From contig JBHYGA010000004.1 of the NCBI GenBank assembly GCA_051859245.1, positions 160,001-224,000 of the forward strand: 64,000 nt of DNA. The letters run 5' to 3'. The position numbers and the translations under genes are program-made. Origin of the DNA: Gemmatimonadaceae bacterium. Its GTDB lineage: Bacteria; Gemmatimonadota; Gemmatimonadetes; Gemmatimonadales; Gemmatimonadaceae. Each line of letters begins with the position of its first letter. Position 1 is the first letter of the stretch. Below the pieces are notes generated by a model. The model made no database searches. It saw only the letters and a list, made by a program, of their open reading frames with translations, and had not been told where the DNA came from. This document shows, piece by piece, positions 8,905 to 17,755 of this stretch.

Positions 8905-11900
8905 TTCCGACCCGCTGCGGCCGCGGGACGTTCCACCGGCGTTGCACGGAATACGCGCACACGCCGGGGACCGAGCAGCACGCGCACGGACTGTCGCGCG
9001 CGCTGTCCGTCAAGCCGTACCGTGGGCGACGCGCCCTGTACACTCAGCGGCTCGCGCGCCGCGGAACCGTCCACGTCAATACGATAGACACCGGGTGGCA
9101 ACGCGTCGAAGAGGGCGCGACCGTCGGGTAGTAACGTGGCGAGGTGTCGACGTCCAGCTTCATCAATCGCACTTACCGTGACACCAGCGAGTGAGAGTGT
9201 GGTGCCATCAACCACGGAATCGCGCACAATCTCAAGCTGCACTTCGACTGCACCCACGGGAACAACAGGAATATCGAGGGACCCATCGCGCAGGGCACCC
9301 GCCGTCGCGCGGCTGACCTGCGGCGCAAGCATCAACCCGAATGGCAGCGAGCGTTCATCAAGCTCGGGTATTCCGGCACCCACACGAGTGAGTCGGTAGC
9401 TGCCATCGCGATCGGTTACAACCACTTCTCCACCAATGCGCACCAGGACGCTGGCCAACCCGCGTTCGCCGCGATCACGTACACCGTTGCCATTGAGATC
9501 TTCAAACACAACACCCATGCCACGTCCACCACGCAAAAACGCGGGCGCGCCAAAACTGCGTTCAACACGCAATGCGGTGGTCCAGCCGCGCGCACCGTTT
9601 AATGCGAACGCCGGATTGCGCTCGAAATCAACTCGCACGTACGTCTGAAACGGCAACAGCGATGCCAATCCCACGCGCTGTGTGAGCACTTCCGATCCGG
9701 TGCCCAGACTCACAGTGCGACCAAGGGCCGCGTTGACATACAGTCGCTTGTCGGTGAATGGCAGCGCGATCTGCTCAGCGCGCAGCGCCATGTCGTGTTG
9801 TCCGTCGCCAAGCACCGCCGAGCCGGATCGACGCTGCACCGCGGAGTAGAAGTCAATCGTACCGAATGCAGTGGGCCACAGCAGCTGCGTCGACCAGAAC
9901 AGTTGATTCTCACGCTCACGCGGCAACCGAGAATCGAAGTACGCGAAATCTCGCTGCAACTGCGTGTACGTCGCACTGGCCGATGCCGTGAACACACCAA
10001 GACGCGTTGAGCCAAACAGTCCGGCAATCTGTGACAGCGTGGACAGACGAACGGCCTCATCACCACTGCGTGAACTGCCTATGCGCGCTTCCAGGCCAAG
10101 ACTGCTCGAACGCCCAATGCGAAACTGCGGCATGACGCCCACGCCGCTGGTCTGTTGCACCACACCCTGCTCACCTTCGTCGCTCGCATACCAGCCGAGG
10201 TAACCCAGGCGCAACGCGCCCAAGCCCTGTCCGCCGGTGAACGTGATGTCCGTTTGTGCGCGGGCAAAGGCGCGGCTTCCACCGGGTGCGTGCGTTGCAC
10301 GCAGACGCCAGTCACTGCGCGGTGAACGATTGCCAAGTTCAGCGGCGGCACCCACACCACTGCCATCGTTCCAGCGACGATACGCCAGTTCGCCGCGTGC
10401 GTCGACGCCCATACTAGCAACACGTTCGGCGCCTACGGCAAACGCATCGAGTTCAGCACGCGTAATGAGCGGATCACGCAAGTGACTGGCCGACGCGGTG
10501 TACGCGATGCCACCTCGCACCGCACGAGCGCGCAAACCGGCCAGCACACCGCCGTATTGCACAATCAGTGATCGGTTCAGACGCGATGCGTTGTTGTCCG
10601 ATTCCGCGACACCAAGCGTGAATGGCCGCGCCGCGAGTGCGGAAAGCTGCCACGCGGTGTCTCCCACCGTCGCGGACACACCGCGGCCGCTGCGCGTGAG
10701 ACCGGCCATATCACCGAAATCTGCGGCCGCGTTGCCAGCGTCAACACGCCAGTTCGGATGGATGAACGCGATTGTGGGAAACGCTTGCCCACCACCAATA
10801 CGCGAGAGTCCAGGCGCACCACCCACGGCGCGCTGCGTCCACGCGGCACTCACATTCACGCGCGAGCTGATCGGTCCGGTGAGTGTGAAGCCCCAGCTGT
10901 CGAGATAGTCCTGTCCCGGCTGCTGCACCGCGTTGTAACTCAAACCGAGCACCGGACCGAACGCGCCACCACGGCTGGCCGACAGCACTTCAACCGGCAG
11001 CGAGAGTGTGCGTGGTGCGGCGTCGTTCGATGTTGCATCATCTTTGAAACGTGCGGCGTACACCTGCACGCTTGATGCACCAGACTCGTGATCACGCGGC
11101 ACAGTGATTTCGATGTCTCGCGTGACAGTCGCGCCCGGCGCCAAGACAATGCGCGCCGATTGCTGCACACGACCGCGCCATGCCTGTGGCAGGGTGAGCG
11201 AGAGACTGACGGTATCTTCCACGTTGCCGCCATTGGCTACCACGACACGCACCGCCGTCTTTTTTCCCGGCATGGCGTGCATGGTTGGTGCAGCGGGCGT
11301 GACGCTGATCGCGCGCACCGGGGCAACCATCACATCCACGGGTACCACCACCGTTTCGCGGCGTACCGCTTCCGGGCCACCGGGCATATCGAAGCGCACC
11401 TCAGCGAGCCGCAGTGTGCCCGCCAGCGCTTTACTCGGCACCGACACACTCAACGTCACACGCGCGTCGCTGCCAACCACAATGCCGGACGTTGGCCCAC
11501 CAATCACGGCGCCAGGCGATTTGTCGACGGTGTACGTGACCGAATCGCGCGCACCAAGCGTGGCCGGTGGTGCGACGCGCACCAGATGAATGCTGCGCGG
11601 CACGGCATTGAGCAGAGTACCAGCTGCCATACGAACGCTGCCGGTGGCAGCGCTGGCTGTTCGTGGAGTCCCCGAGACCATCACGTCGTTTGGATCGGTA
11701 CTTGGCGTAACCGTCAGTTCGATCGGTACAATCACGCGATCACCGGTACCGTCGGCAGCCCAGAATCGCACGTCCGCGAGTCGGTGCACACCAACTGCGG
11801 CCGCCGCCGGTGCACGCACAAGCAGTGGCACCATGGCATCGGTACTCATGAACGTTCCGTCGCCCGCACCATTCACCGCACCGGCGAGCGTACGGTTTAC

Positions 11901-12101
11901 ATGAAAACTCACCGAATCACTGCCACGAAGCAGCGCCGGCACCGGAACACGCAGTGTAGTACTGGTTCCGGATTCCAGTGTGATGCGAATGGTTGGTGCC
12001 ACCCGAATATTCGGAGGCGCCGCTTCAAGCGCGTGCGCGAATGCGGCCGAGAACGCAAGCGAGCTGCCAAACGCGAACGCAAGTACGGCGCGCGCGATCA
12101 C
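8901..12101 (-). CDS. large usher-like outer-membrane protein: Ig-like N-domains, beta-barrel, SdrD-B/Cna-like C-domains
   Basis: GTG start overlaps the upstream stop (GTGA). Signal peptide, NGGNVEDT...LAPGA Ig-like domain, long amphipathic-strand region, VFEDLNGNGVRDRGERGL...TDRDGSY motif. Confidence 0.65.
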   Translation of the reverse strand: MIARAVLAFAFGSSLAFSAAFAHALEAAPPNIRVAPTIRITLESGTSTTLRVPVPALLRGSDSVSFHVNRTLAGAVNGAGDGTFMSTDAMVPLLVRAPAAAAVGVHRLADVRFWAADGTGDRVIVPIELTVTPSTDPNDVMVSGTPRTASAATGSVRMAAGTLLNAVPRSIHLVRVAPPATLGARDSVTYTVDKSPGAVIGGPTSGIVVGSDARVTLSVSVPSKALAGTLRLAEVRFDMPGGPEAVRRETVVVPVDVMVAPVRAISVTPAAPTMHAMPGKKTAVRVVVANGGNVEDTVSLSLTLPQAWRGRVQQSARIVLAPGATVTRDIEITVPRDHESGASSVQVYAARFKDDATSNDAAPRTLSLPVEVLSASRGGAFGPVLGLSYNAVQQPGQDYLDSWGFTLTGPISSRVNVSAAWTQRAVGGAPGLSRIGGGQAFPTIAFIHPNWRVDAGNAAADFGDMAGLTRSGRGVSATVGDTAWQLSALAARPFTLGVAESDNNASRLNRSLIVQYGGVLAGLRARAVRGGIAYTASASHLRDPLITRAELDAFAVGAERVASMGVDARGELAYRRWNDGSGVGAAAELGNRSPRSDWRLRATHAPGGSRAFARAQTDITFTGGQGLGALRLGYLGWYASDEGEQGVVQQTSGVGVMPQFRIGRSSSLGLEARIGSSRSGDEAVRLSTLSQIAGLFGSTRLGVFTASASATYTQLQRDFAYFDSRLPRERENQLFWSTQLLWPTAFGTIDFYSAVQRRSGSAVLGDGQHDMALRAEQIALPFTDKRLYVNAALGRTVSLGTGSEVLTQRVGLASLLPFQTYVRVDFERNPAFALNGARGWTTALRVERSFGAPAFLRGGRGMGVVFEDLNGNGVRDRGERGLASVLVRIGGEVVVTDRDGSYRLTRVGAGIPELDERSLPFGLMLAPQVSRATAGALRDGSLDIPVVPVGAVEVQLEIVRDSVVDGTTLSLAGVTVSAIDEAGRRHLATLLPDGRALFDALPPGVYRIDVDGSAAREPLSVQGASPTVRLDGQRARQSVRVLLGPRRVRVFRATPVERPAAAAGRK

Positions 12102-12613
12102 GGTCGGTACACCGACAACGTGAGCGCAATATTGCTGGCCACAAGTGACGGCGCCGGATCTGCCCAGGCGATCCGGACCCGTAACCAGATGGTACCCGAC
12201 CACGGATCGTTCAATCCGTTCGGTATCACTGTGCGTGACTCAACACTGTTGTCGAGCTGCGTCAGCGCACGCCACGGCCCCACTGGCCCGCTGCGCCACT
12301 CTACGTCGGCGCACTGTTTCGGTCCGGTGACGGCGACGCAGCGAATCAGCACGGTGGTAATACGCGTGCTGTTCTGATTGAGCACGCTCACCGTGAATGG
12401 GACGGCAACAGAATCGGTGACAGGCCCCGTCGCACTTGAAGGCCACGCGGTGTAGTTCGACATGCGCGGCGTGGGGATGGTCACAGCGCCAGTCGTGAGC
12501 GAAAAGCCCGTACTCTGACCGTTTGCCGAACGCCACGGCGAAACGCTCCCGATCAGTAGCGTCGCCGTGAACATGCAGCGTGTAATGTGCGAAGCGATGC
12601 GCGAAGTCGGCAC
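12098..12613 (-). CDS. secreted pilin-like protein 2
   Basis: GTG directly abuts the chaperone stop. SANG|Q signal. KQCADVEW parallels KSAGDVRW. Ends in a beta-strand followed by Pro. Confidence 0.6.
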   Translation of the reverse strand: MPTSRIASHITRCMFTATLLIGSVSPWRSANGQSTGFSLTTGAVTIPTPRMSNYTAWPSSATGPVTDSVAVPFTVSVLNQNSTRITTVLIRCVAVTGPKQCADVEWRSGPVGPWRALTQLDNSVESRTVIPNGLNDPWSGTIWLRVRIAWADPAPSLVASNIALTLSVYRP

Positions 12614-13495
12614 CTACCGAACCTCGTACTCCAGCTGGCCCGCCACGAGTTCACTGCCACCAAAGTCGAGGAGCGCGAGCATCACGTAGCGTCCGGCGGG
12701 TAGCTCGGGCAACACCTGTTGCAGCATGCGCCGTGAGCCGGGCAGCACGGGAAACGTGGCGACATCAGCACGATGCGCGATTGAGTTGTCGGCGCGACGC
12801 ACTTCGATTGAGCCTTTCACAAGCAACTGCACGTCGCCAACATTTCGAAAGCCAACCAGCAGAGTAGGCGGTGCAACGTGGCGCGACTTTGTTGCGGACG
12901 GCGCGCTGGATTCCGGTGGCGGCGATGCTGGCGCATCACTGAGCGTCATCGCGTCGATCAATCCGTCGCGCAGCGCACTCGTCGATTCGCCGTACACCTT
13001 GATGCCCGTGCGTACGTTGTAGCTCAGTTGACGCCCCGCCTCCACGGCGGACGCACGATTTTCGAGGAACACAATCGACCAGCAGTTCGCCGGCACCTTC
13101 TCACCCGCGGCGAGTGAGACGCGCACGTTGGCACTCTGGCCTGGTCCAAGCACCATCGATTTCGGGAACACCTCAAGTCCTGCCGCACAGCTGTTCTTCG
13201 TGGTGTGCGCGGGAAAGAAGCGATTCGTACCCGCTTCATCGCGGTCCCAGTCTTCAATCGTGACCACGGCCTGCACGGTCTTGGCCGTCTCGTTGCGTAC
13301 CGCCACCATGCGAACTGTAGGTGTGGCCGATGGCGTGATAAACAGCTCGAGCTCGTCTACGGTGAGCTGTGCATCCGCTGTGGCGGGCAGCAACAGACAG
13401 GCCGCAGCCAGCAAGACGCGGCGCCAATCACTTGTGCGCTGCGGGCGATCGGGGCGTGGTTCCTGATTGGTGCGGACAGGCTGGCGGGCGGTCAT
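12614..13495 (-). CDS. periplasmic pilus chaperone-like protein (PapD/DUF916-like two-Ig-domain)
   Basis: ADA|Q signal. VRN, VFPKSMVLGPGQSANVRV, WSIVFLE, GIKVY, FRNVGDV, VLPGSRR and LPAGRY motifs. Confidence 0.75.
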   Translation of the reverse strand: MTARQPVRTNQEPRPDRPQRTSDWRRVLLAAACLLLPATADAQLTVDELELFITPSATPTVRMVAVRNETAKTVQAVVTIEDWDRDEAGTNRFFPAHTTKNSCAAGLEVFPKSMVLGPGQSANVRVSLAAGEKVPANCWSIVFLENRASAVEAGRQLSYNVRTGIKVYGESTSALRDGLIDAMTLSDAPASPPPESSAPSATKSRHVAPPTLLVGFRNVGDVQLLVKGSIEVRRADNSIAHRADVATFPVLPGSRRMLQQVLPELPAGRYVMLALLDFGGSELVAGQLEYEVR

Positions 13496-13699
13496 GCGAG
13501 GCGGGATGAATGCGGTGGGGCGCGAATCGCTAAAGTTCCGCGCGCTGGTGCCGATACTTGAAACCGAGGTGTCGCGGGGATGCAGCAACTAGACGCGTCT
13601 GTGCCAGCGCGGTAACGCGGCGCGTCGGTCTTCCGCAGTTTGTGAGAGAGCGAGCCATGGCCGTAACGCGGGACGATTCGGCGGCGGCGCCGTAATCGC

Positions 13700-13734
13700 A
13701 AAAGGGGAGCCCGCAGCGTGCGCAGACTCCCCTT
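13700..13734 (-). terminator. intrinsic terminator downstream of the major pilin-like gene
   Basis: Minus strand AAGGGGAGTCTGC-gcacgct-GCGGGCTCCCCTTTT. Confidence 0.7.
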
Positions 13735-13783
13735 CAGTTCCGTCATGTGTGCATCGCGCGGACGTCAGCGCCCGCGCCGTGCC

Positions 13784-14332
13784 TTACGGAGCGCTCACGC
13801 TCACGTTCAACGGCAGCGAATAGTTGCCCGGCGTATCCGAGGCGTAGTTCCACACGATGTCAAAGCAGAGCTGCTGACGTGGCGCCGTGCCGGCCGTGCC
13901 CGTGTACACGCCAACCGCCGTCGTGCTCACCGCCGCGTACGCTCCAGCAGAACCGCATCCTGCGGCACCCGTGACTCGCGCCCAGCGAACGTCACCAGCC
14001 GACTTGGCCGCATTGGCGCCGCCGTTCGCGGTGAACGTCGCATTGACCGACGCGAGCGTGATGGAATAGCCACGATTGGCTTTGACGTCAAACAACGGGC
14101 CGGCAACCTGCTGGCCGTTGTCGAACTGTGCCGCGGTGATGTTGCCGAGCGCCGTCGTGGCGTTCTCAAGCGTGAGCGTCACGAGTGTCGGCACGACCGC
14201 GTTGAGCGTGTGACCACACGCCGCGCCACCTGCGGAGCAGCTCGGGCCGGTGAGCGCCTGGGCACTGGCGTTCGAAGACAAGACAAGACCGAGCGTAAAC
14301 ACGCCGGCAACAACTGAAAGGCGACGGAACAT
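13784..14332 (-). CDS. putative major pilin-like subunit
   Basis: GGAG RBS 9 nt before ATG 14332. NASA|Q signal, Ala/Gly/Thr-rich beta protein, 4 Cys, ends QLCFDIVWNYASDTPGNYSLPLNVSVSAP. First gene of the locus. Confidence 0.75.
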   Translation of the reverse strand: MFRRLSVVAGVFTLGLVLSSNASAQALTGPSCSAGGAACGHTLNAVVPTLVTLTLENATTALGNITAAQFDNGQQVAGPLFDVKANRGYSITLASVNATFTANGGANAAKSAGDVRWARVTGAAGCGSAGAYAAVSTTAVGVYTGTAGTAPRQQLCFDIVWNYASDTPGNYSLPLNVSVSAP

Positions 14333-14604
14333 GCGATGCATCTCCAGTGAGGTTTCACGGAATCAGGGGCGGGATCGAAAAATCTTTGGCGAAACGCTCA
14401 AGTTCTGGAGCGATGCTGCCGAGACTCTTCGAGGATTGCTATCCGTGTGTGCCCTGAAGACGCGAGCGCCGCGCTCGTCGTAACGGGCGCGGCGCAAATG
14501 TGCCAGACAGTGAACAGGTGTGCCATCGCTGTAATGCTTTTCACACGATCCGTGATGCCATTCGCCGTTTCTGTAACGGTGCGTGGCACCATATCGCGTT
14601 GTCG

Positions 14605-16095
14605 CTACAGCGATTTGACCTCGGACACCAGCTTGGTGAGCGACGTCTTGGCGTCGCCAAAGAGCATGTTCGTTTTTTCGTCGAAGAACAACTCGTTTTC
14701 AATGCCGGCAAATCCGGGATTCATGCCGCGCTTGAGCACGATGATATTGCGCGCCTCATTCACATTCAGAATGGGCATGCCATAAATCGGCGACGTTTTG
14801 TCGGTCTTCGCGGCTGGATTCACCACGTCGTTGGCACCAATGACCACCACCACATCTGTTTCGTGGAAGCTGTCGTTGATTTCATCCATGTCGTACATCT
14901 TGTCATACGGCACGTTTGCTTCGGCGAGCAACACGTTCATGTGGCCCGGCATGCGACCGGCCACCGGATGAATGGCGTACTTCACTTCGCCGCCATTCTT
15001 CTCAATGAGCTCAGCGAGTTCGCGCACCTGATGCTGTGCCTGCGCCACGGCCATACCATACCCAGGCACGAACACCACGCGCCCGGCATACGCGAGCTGC
15101 ACCGCGGCATCTTCCGCGCTGATGCTCTTGGCCACCAGCCCTTCTGACGTTTTTCCGCTCGACGTCACCACGCTGCCGAACGCACCAAACAGCACGTTGC
15201 CAAACGAGCGGTTCATGGCCTTTGACATGATGATCGACAGAATGAATCCGGACGCACCGTCGAGGGCGCCGGCAATGATCAGCACGTCATTGTCGATCGC
15301 AAAACCAGTCGCCGATGCCGCAAGGCCGGCGTACGAGTTGAGCAGCGATACGACCACCGGCATGTCGGCACCACCGATTGGCAGCACCATGAGCACACCG
15401 ATCGCAAATCCGGCCGCGAGCATCACGTAGAACACACGCACGTCGAACGGATTGAAAATCATCCACACAAAACAGCCAATCGCCGCGGCGAAGAGCAGCA
15501 GGTTGAAGAAGTTCTGACCCTTGAACGTGATCGGACGGCCGGTGATGAACTCCTGCAGTTTACCGAACGCCATGAAGCTGCCGGTCACAGTGAGTGAACC
15601 GAACAACACTTCAAATCCAATGGCAGCCATCTTGAAGCGCTCGATACCCTCGGCGCCTTCAATCTGAATGGAGTGGTAGTACTCACCCACACCCACGAGC
15701 GTGGCCGCCAATGCACCAAACATGTGCGAGAAGGCAATACGCTGCGGCATCGCCGTCATTGGCACGAACTTGCCCAGCGGATAGCCCAGTACGGTGCCGA
15801 GGATCAAACCACCAATGATCCACGAATACGTGAGAATGCCGCTGTTCAGCAGCGTACCCACAATCGCGAACACCATGCCGAGCGCGGCGAGCTGCATGCC
15901 GCGTCGCGCCTGATCGGGCTTGGTGAGCGAACGCAGGCCCAGAATGAACAACACCGACGACGCGAGATACGTGAGCTGCACCATCAACTCGCGACCACCG
16001 AGTGCATCCATGGACGCACCGGTGGGACTCGACATCAGCAAATACGCCGCTGCCGCCGCGGTGGGCAGGCCGGCCAGGAACAGAAGCAGACTCAC
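14605..16095 (-). CDS. pntB: NAD(P) transhydrogenase beta subunit
   Basis: MTAMPQ, GGADMPVVVSLLNSY, VPGYGMAVAQAQ, IHPVAGRMPGHMNVLLAEA, GANDVVNP. Start placed at the GTG overlapping the pntA2 stop; it may be later. Confidence 0.96.
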   Translation of the reverse strand: MSLLLFLAGLPTAAAAAYLLMSSPTGASMDALGGRELMVQLTYLASSVLFILGLRSLTKPDQARRGMQLAALGMVFAIVGTLLNSGILTYSWIIGGLILGTVLGYPLGKFVPMTAMPQRIAFSHMFGALAATLVGVGEYYHSIQIEGAEGIERFKMAAIGFEVLFGSLTVTGSFMAFGKLQEFITGRPITFKGQNFFNLLLFAAAIGCFVWMIFNPFDVRVFYVMLAAGFAIGVLMVLPIGGADMPVVVSLLNSYAGLAASATGFAIDNDVLIIAGALDGASGFILSIIMSKAMNRSFGNVLFGAFGSVVTSSGKTSEGLVAKSISAEDAAVQLAYAGRVVFVPGYGMAVAQAQHQVRELAELIEKNGGEVKYAIHPVAGRMPGHMNVLLAEANVPYDKMYDMDEINDSFHETDVVVVIGANDVVNPAAKTDKTSPIYGMPILNVNEARNIIVLKRGMNPGFAGIENELFFDEKTNMLFGDAKTSLTKLVSEVKSL

Positions 16096-16418
16096 GCGGC
16101 CCCGCCTGTGGTATCCTGCGGTGCCGTTGGCTTGGAGTCCGCACGCTTGAACATGCTCAGCATGCGGTCCGTAATGATGAATCCGCCCACCACGTTCGTC
16201 ATGGCGCACACCACCGCGATGAAACCAAGAACCGTCGCGACGGTGCCGTACTGTCCGCCCGCAAGCACGATGCTGCCCACGAGTGAAATGCCGCTGATCG
16301 CGTTGGTCGCCGCCATGAGCGGCGTGTGCAACAGCGGGGGCACTTTGGTGATCACCAGAAAGCCGACAAAACCGGCCAGGATGAACACGTAGAGTTGAAT
16401 GATTTGTGTAGCAGTCAT
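16092..16418 (-). CDS. pntA2: NAD(P) transhydrogenase alpha-2 (membrane) subunit
   Basis: VPPLLHTPLMAATNAISG and NVVGGFIITDRMLSMF. Confidence 0.95.
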   Translation of the reverse strand: MTATQIIQLYVFILAGFVGFLVITKVPPLLHTPLMAATNAISGISLVGSIVLAGGQYGTVATVLGFIAVVCAMTNVVGGFIITDRMLSMFKRADSKPTAPQDTTGGAA

Positions 16419-16453
16419 GTATGCAGTCCGGAGAATCGGTCGGGTACCACGTA

Positions 16454-17560
16454 CTAGCGGCGCACTACACCCGCGTGCGCGACAGCCATCGCACCAGTGA
16501 TTTCATCGTCAAGGTCCACGTGCAGTGCACCGTCTTTGTTCAGGTGCTGCAGCAACGTGAGCATGTTGCGGCTGTACATCTGGCTGGCGTGCAGCGGTTG
16601 CGTGGCCGGCAGGTTGCGAGCACCAATGATCGCCACGTCGCCTTCCATGACGGTTTCACCGAGCACAGTGAGTTCACAGTTGCCGCCGGTCTCTGCCGCG
16701 AGATCAACAATCACCGAACCCGGCTTCATGCTGCGCACCATTTCGGCCGTCACCAGTCGCGGTGCAGCACGACCCGGAATCTGCGCCGTGGTGATCACCA
16801 GATCCTGATCGGGAATGTGTCGGGCAATCGCGGCCAGCGTGCGCGCCTGTTCATCATCACTCTGCGCCTTGGCGTATCCACCCTTGTCTTCGGCGCCTGC
16901 GCTCACGAGATCCGTGGCCACGAACTTCGCGCCCAGCGATTGGACTTGCTCACGCGCCGCCGCGCGCACATCAAACGCACTCACCTGCGCACCGAGGCGA
17001 CGCGCCGTGGCAATCGCCTGCAAGCCCGCCACACCAGCACCTATGACAAACGCCTTGGCCGGCTGAATCGAACCGGCGGCGGTTGTGAGCGACGGCAGAA
17101 AACGCGGCAGTGCGGCGGCCGCCATCAAAACGGCCTTGTAGCCGGCCACGGTCGCCTGCGAGGAGAGCACGTCCATGCTCTGCGCCCGCGTAATGCGGGG
17201 GACGAGCTCCATGGCCAGCACCGTGATGCGACGCGTGTTCAGCGCGCCAACCAACGCCTGTGCACTGGCGGGCTGGAGCAGGCACGCCACCGCCGTGCCC
17301 TCCGGAAGCGCCGCCACTTCCGCGTCGGACGGTCGCTGCACCTTGGCCACCAACGCCGCGCCATTGACCGTCGCAGCAAAACCGCTGGCCAGCTGAGCCC
17401 CCGCCTGTTCGTACTGCTCGTCCGGGAAGTACGCCATCGCGCCGGCGCCGCGCTCCACGACCACCTCGTGCCCAGCCTTGACCAGCTTGGCCACGCTGTC
17501 CGGGACCAGGGCTACACGGCGCTCAAACTCTTCTGTCTCCCGAGGAACACCAATGCGCAT
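16454..17560 (-). CDS. pntA1: NAD(P) transhydrogenase alpha-1 (dI, NAD-binding) subunit
   Basis: ERRVAL, RITRAQSMDVLSSQ, GAGVAGLQAIATA, TTAQIPG, DLAAETGGNC. Confidence 0.96.
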   Translation of the reverse strand: MRIGVPRETEEFERRVALVPDSVAKLVKAGHEVVVERGAGAMAYFPDEQYEQAGAQLASGFAATVNGAALVAKVQRPSDAEVAALPEGTAVACLLQPASAQALVGALNTRRITVLAMELVPRITRAQSMDVLSSQATVAGYKAVLMAAAALPRFLPSLTTAAGSIQPAKAFVIGAGVAGLQAIATARRLGAQVSAFDVRAAAREQVQSLGAKFVATDLVSAGAEDKGGYAKAQSDDEQARTLAAIARHIPDQDLVITTAQIPGRAAPRLVTAEMVRSMKPGSVIVDLAAETGGNCELTVLGETVMEGDVAIIGARNLPATQPLHASQMYSRNMLTLLQHLNKDGALHVDLDDEITGAMAVAHAGVVRR

Positions 17561-17755
17561 AACAGCAAGTGCAATGAGGAAGCGCCTGCGACCACGGCAG
17601 CGAGGCGCAACGATTGTTCAGGAATTTGATCTGATCCAACTGATCCAGGCCGCTCACCGTCAAGCGTACCAATGCCGAGCGAAGCTACGCGCTGCCGACC
17701 GGAGCGCAAACCCGTCCCAGCCCAACTCCGAGGCAGGGAACCGGGTTCCGAGCGC

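Noticed and set aside
11088..12377. Long antisense or alternate-frame ORFs (also 16421..17629, 23826..25301, 39454..40572, 43288..44682, 54691..55716)
   Set aside because: They shadow well-supported genes, are Arg/His-rich with no motifs, and are expected in high-GC DNA.
14342..14600. Searched upstream of the major pilin for a c-di-GMP riboswitch or sigma54 promoter
   Set aside because: No GEMM-I or GEMM-II core was found, and the TGGCAC sites lack the GC at -12.
17610..17645. FNR/Rex-like site upstream of pntA1 (TTGAT-CTGA-TCCAA)
   Set aside because: The right half-site is too degenerate to support a call.
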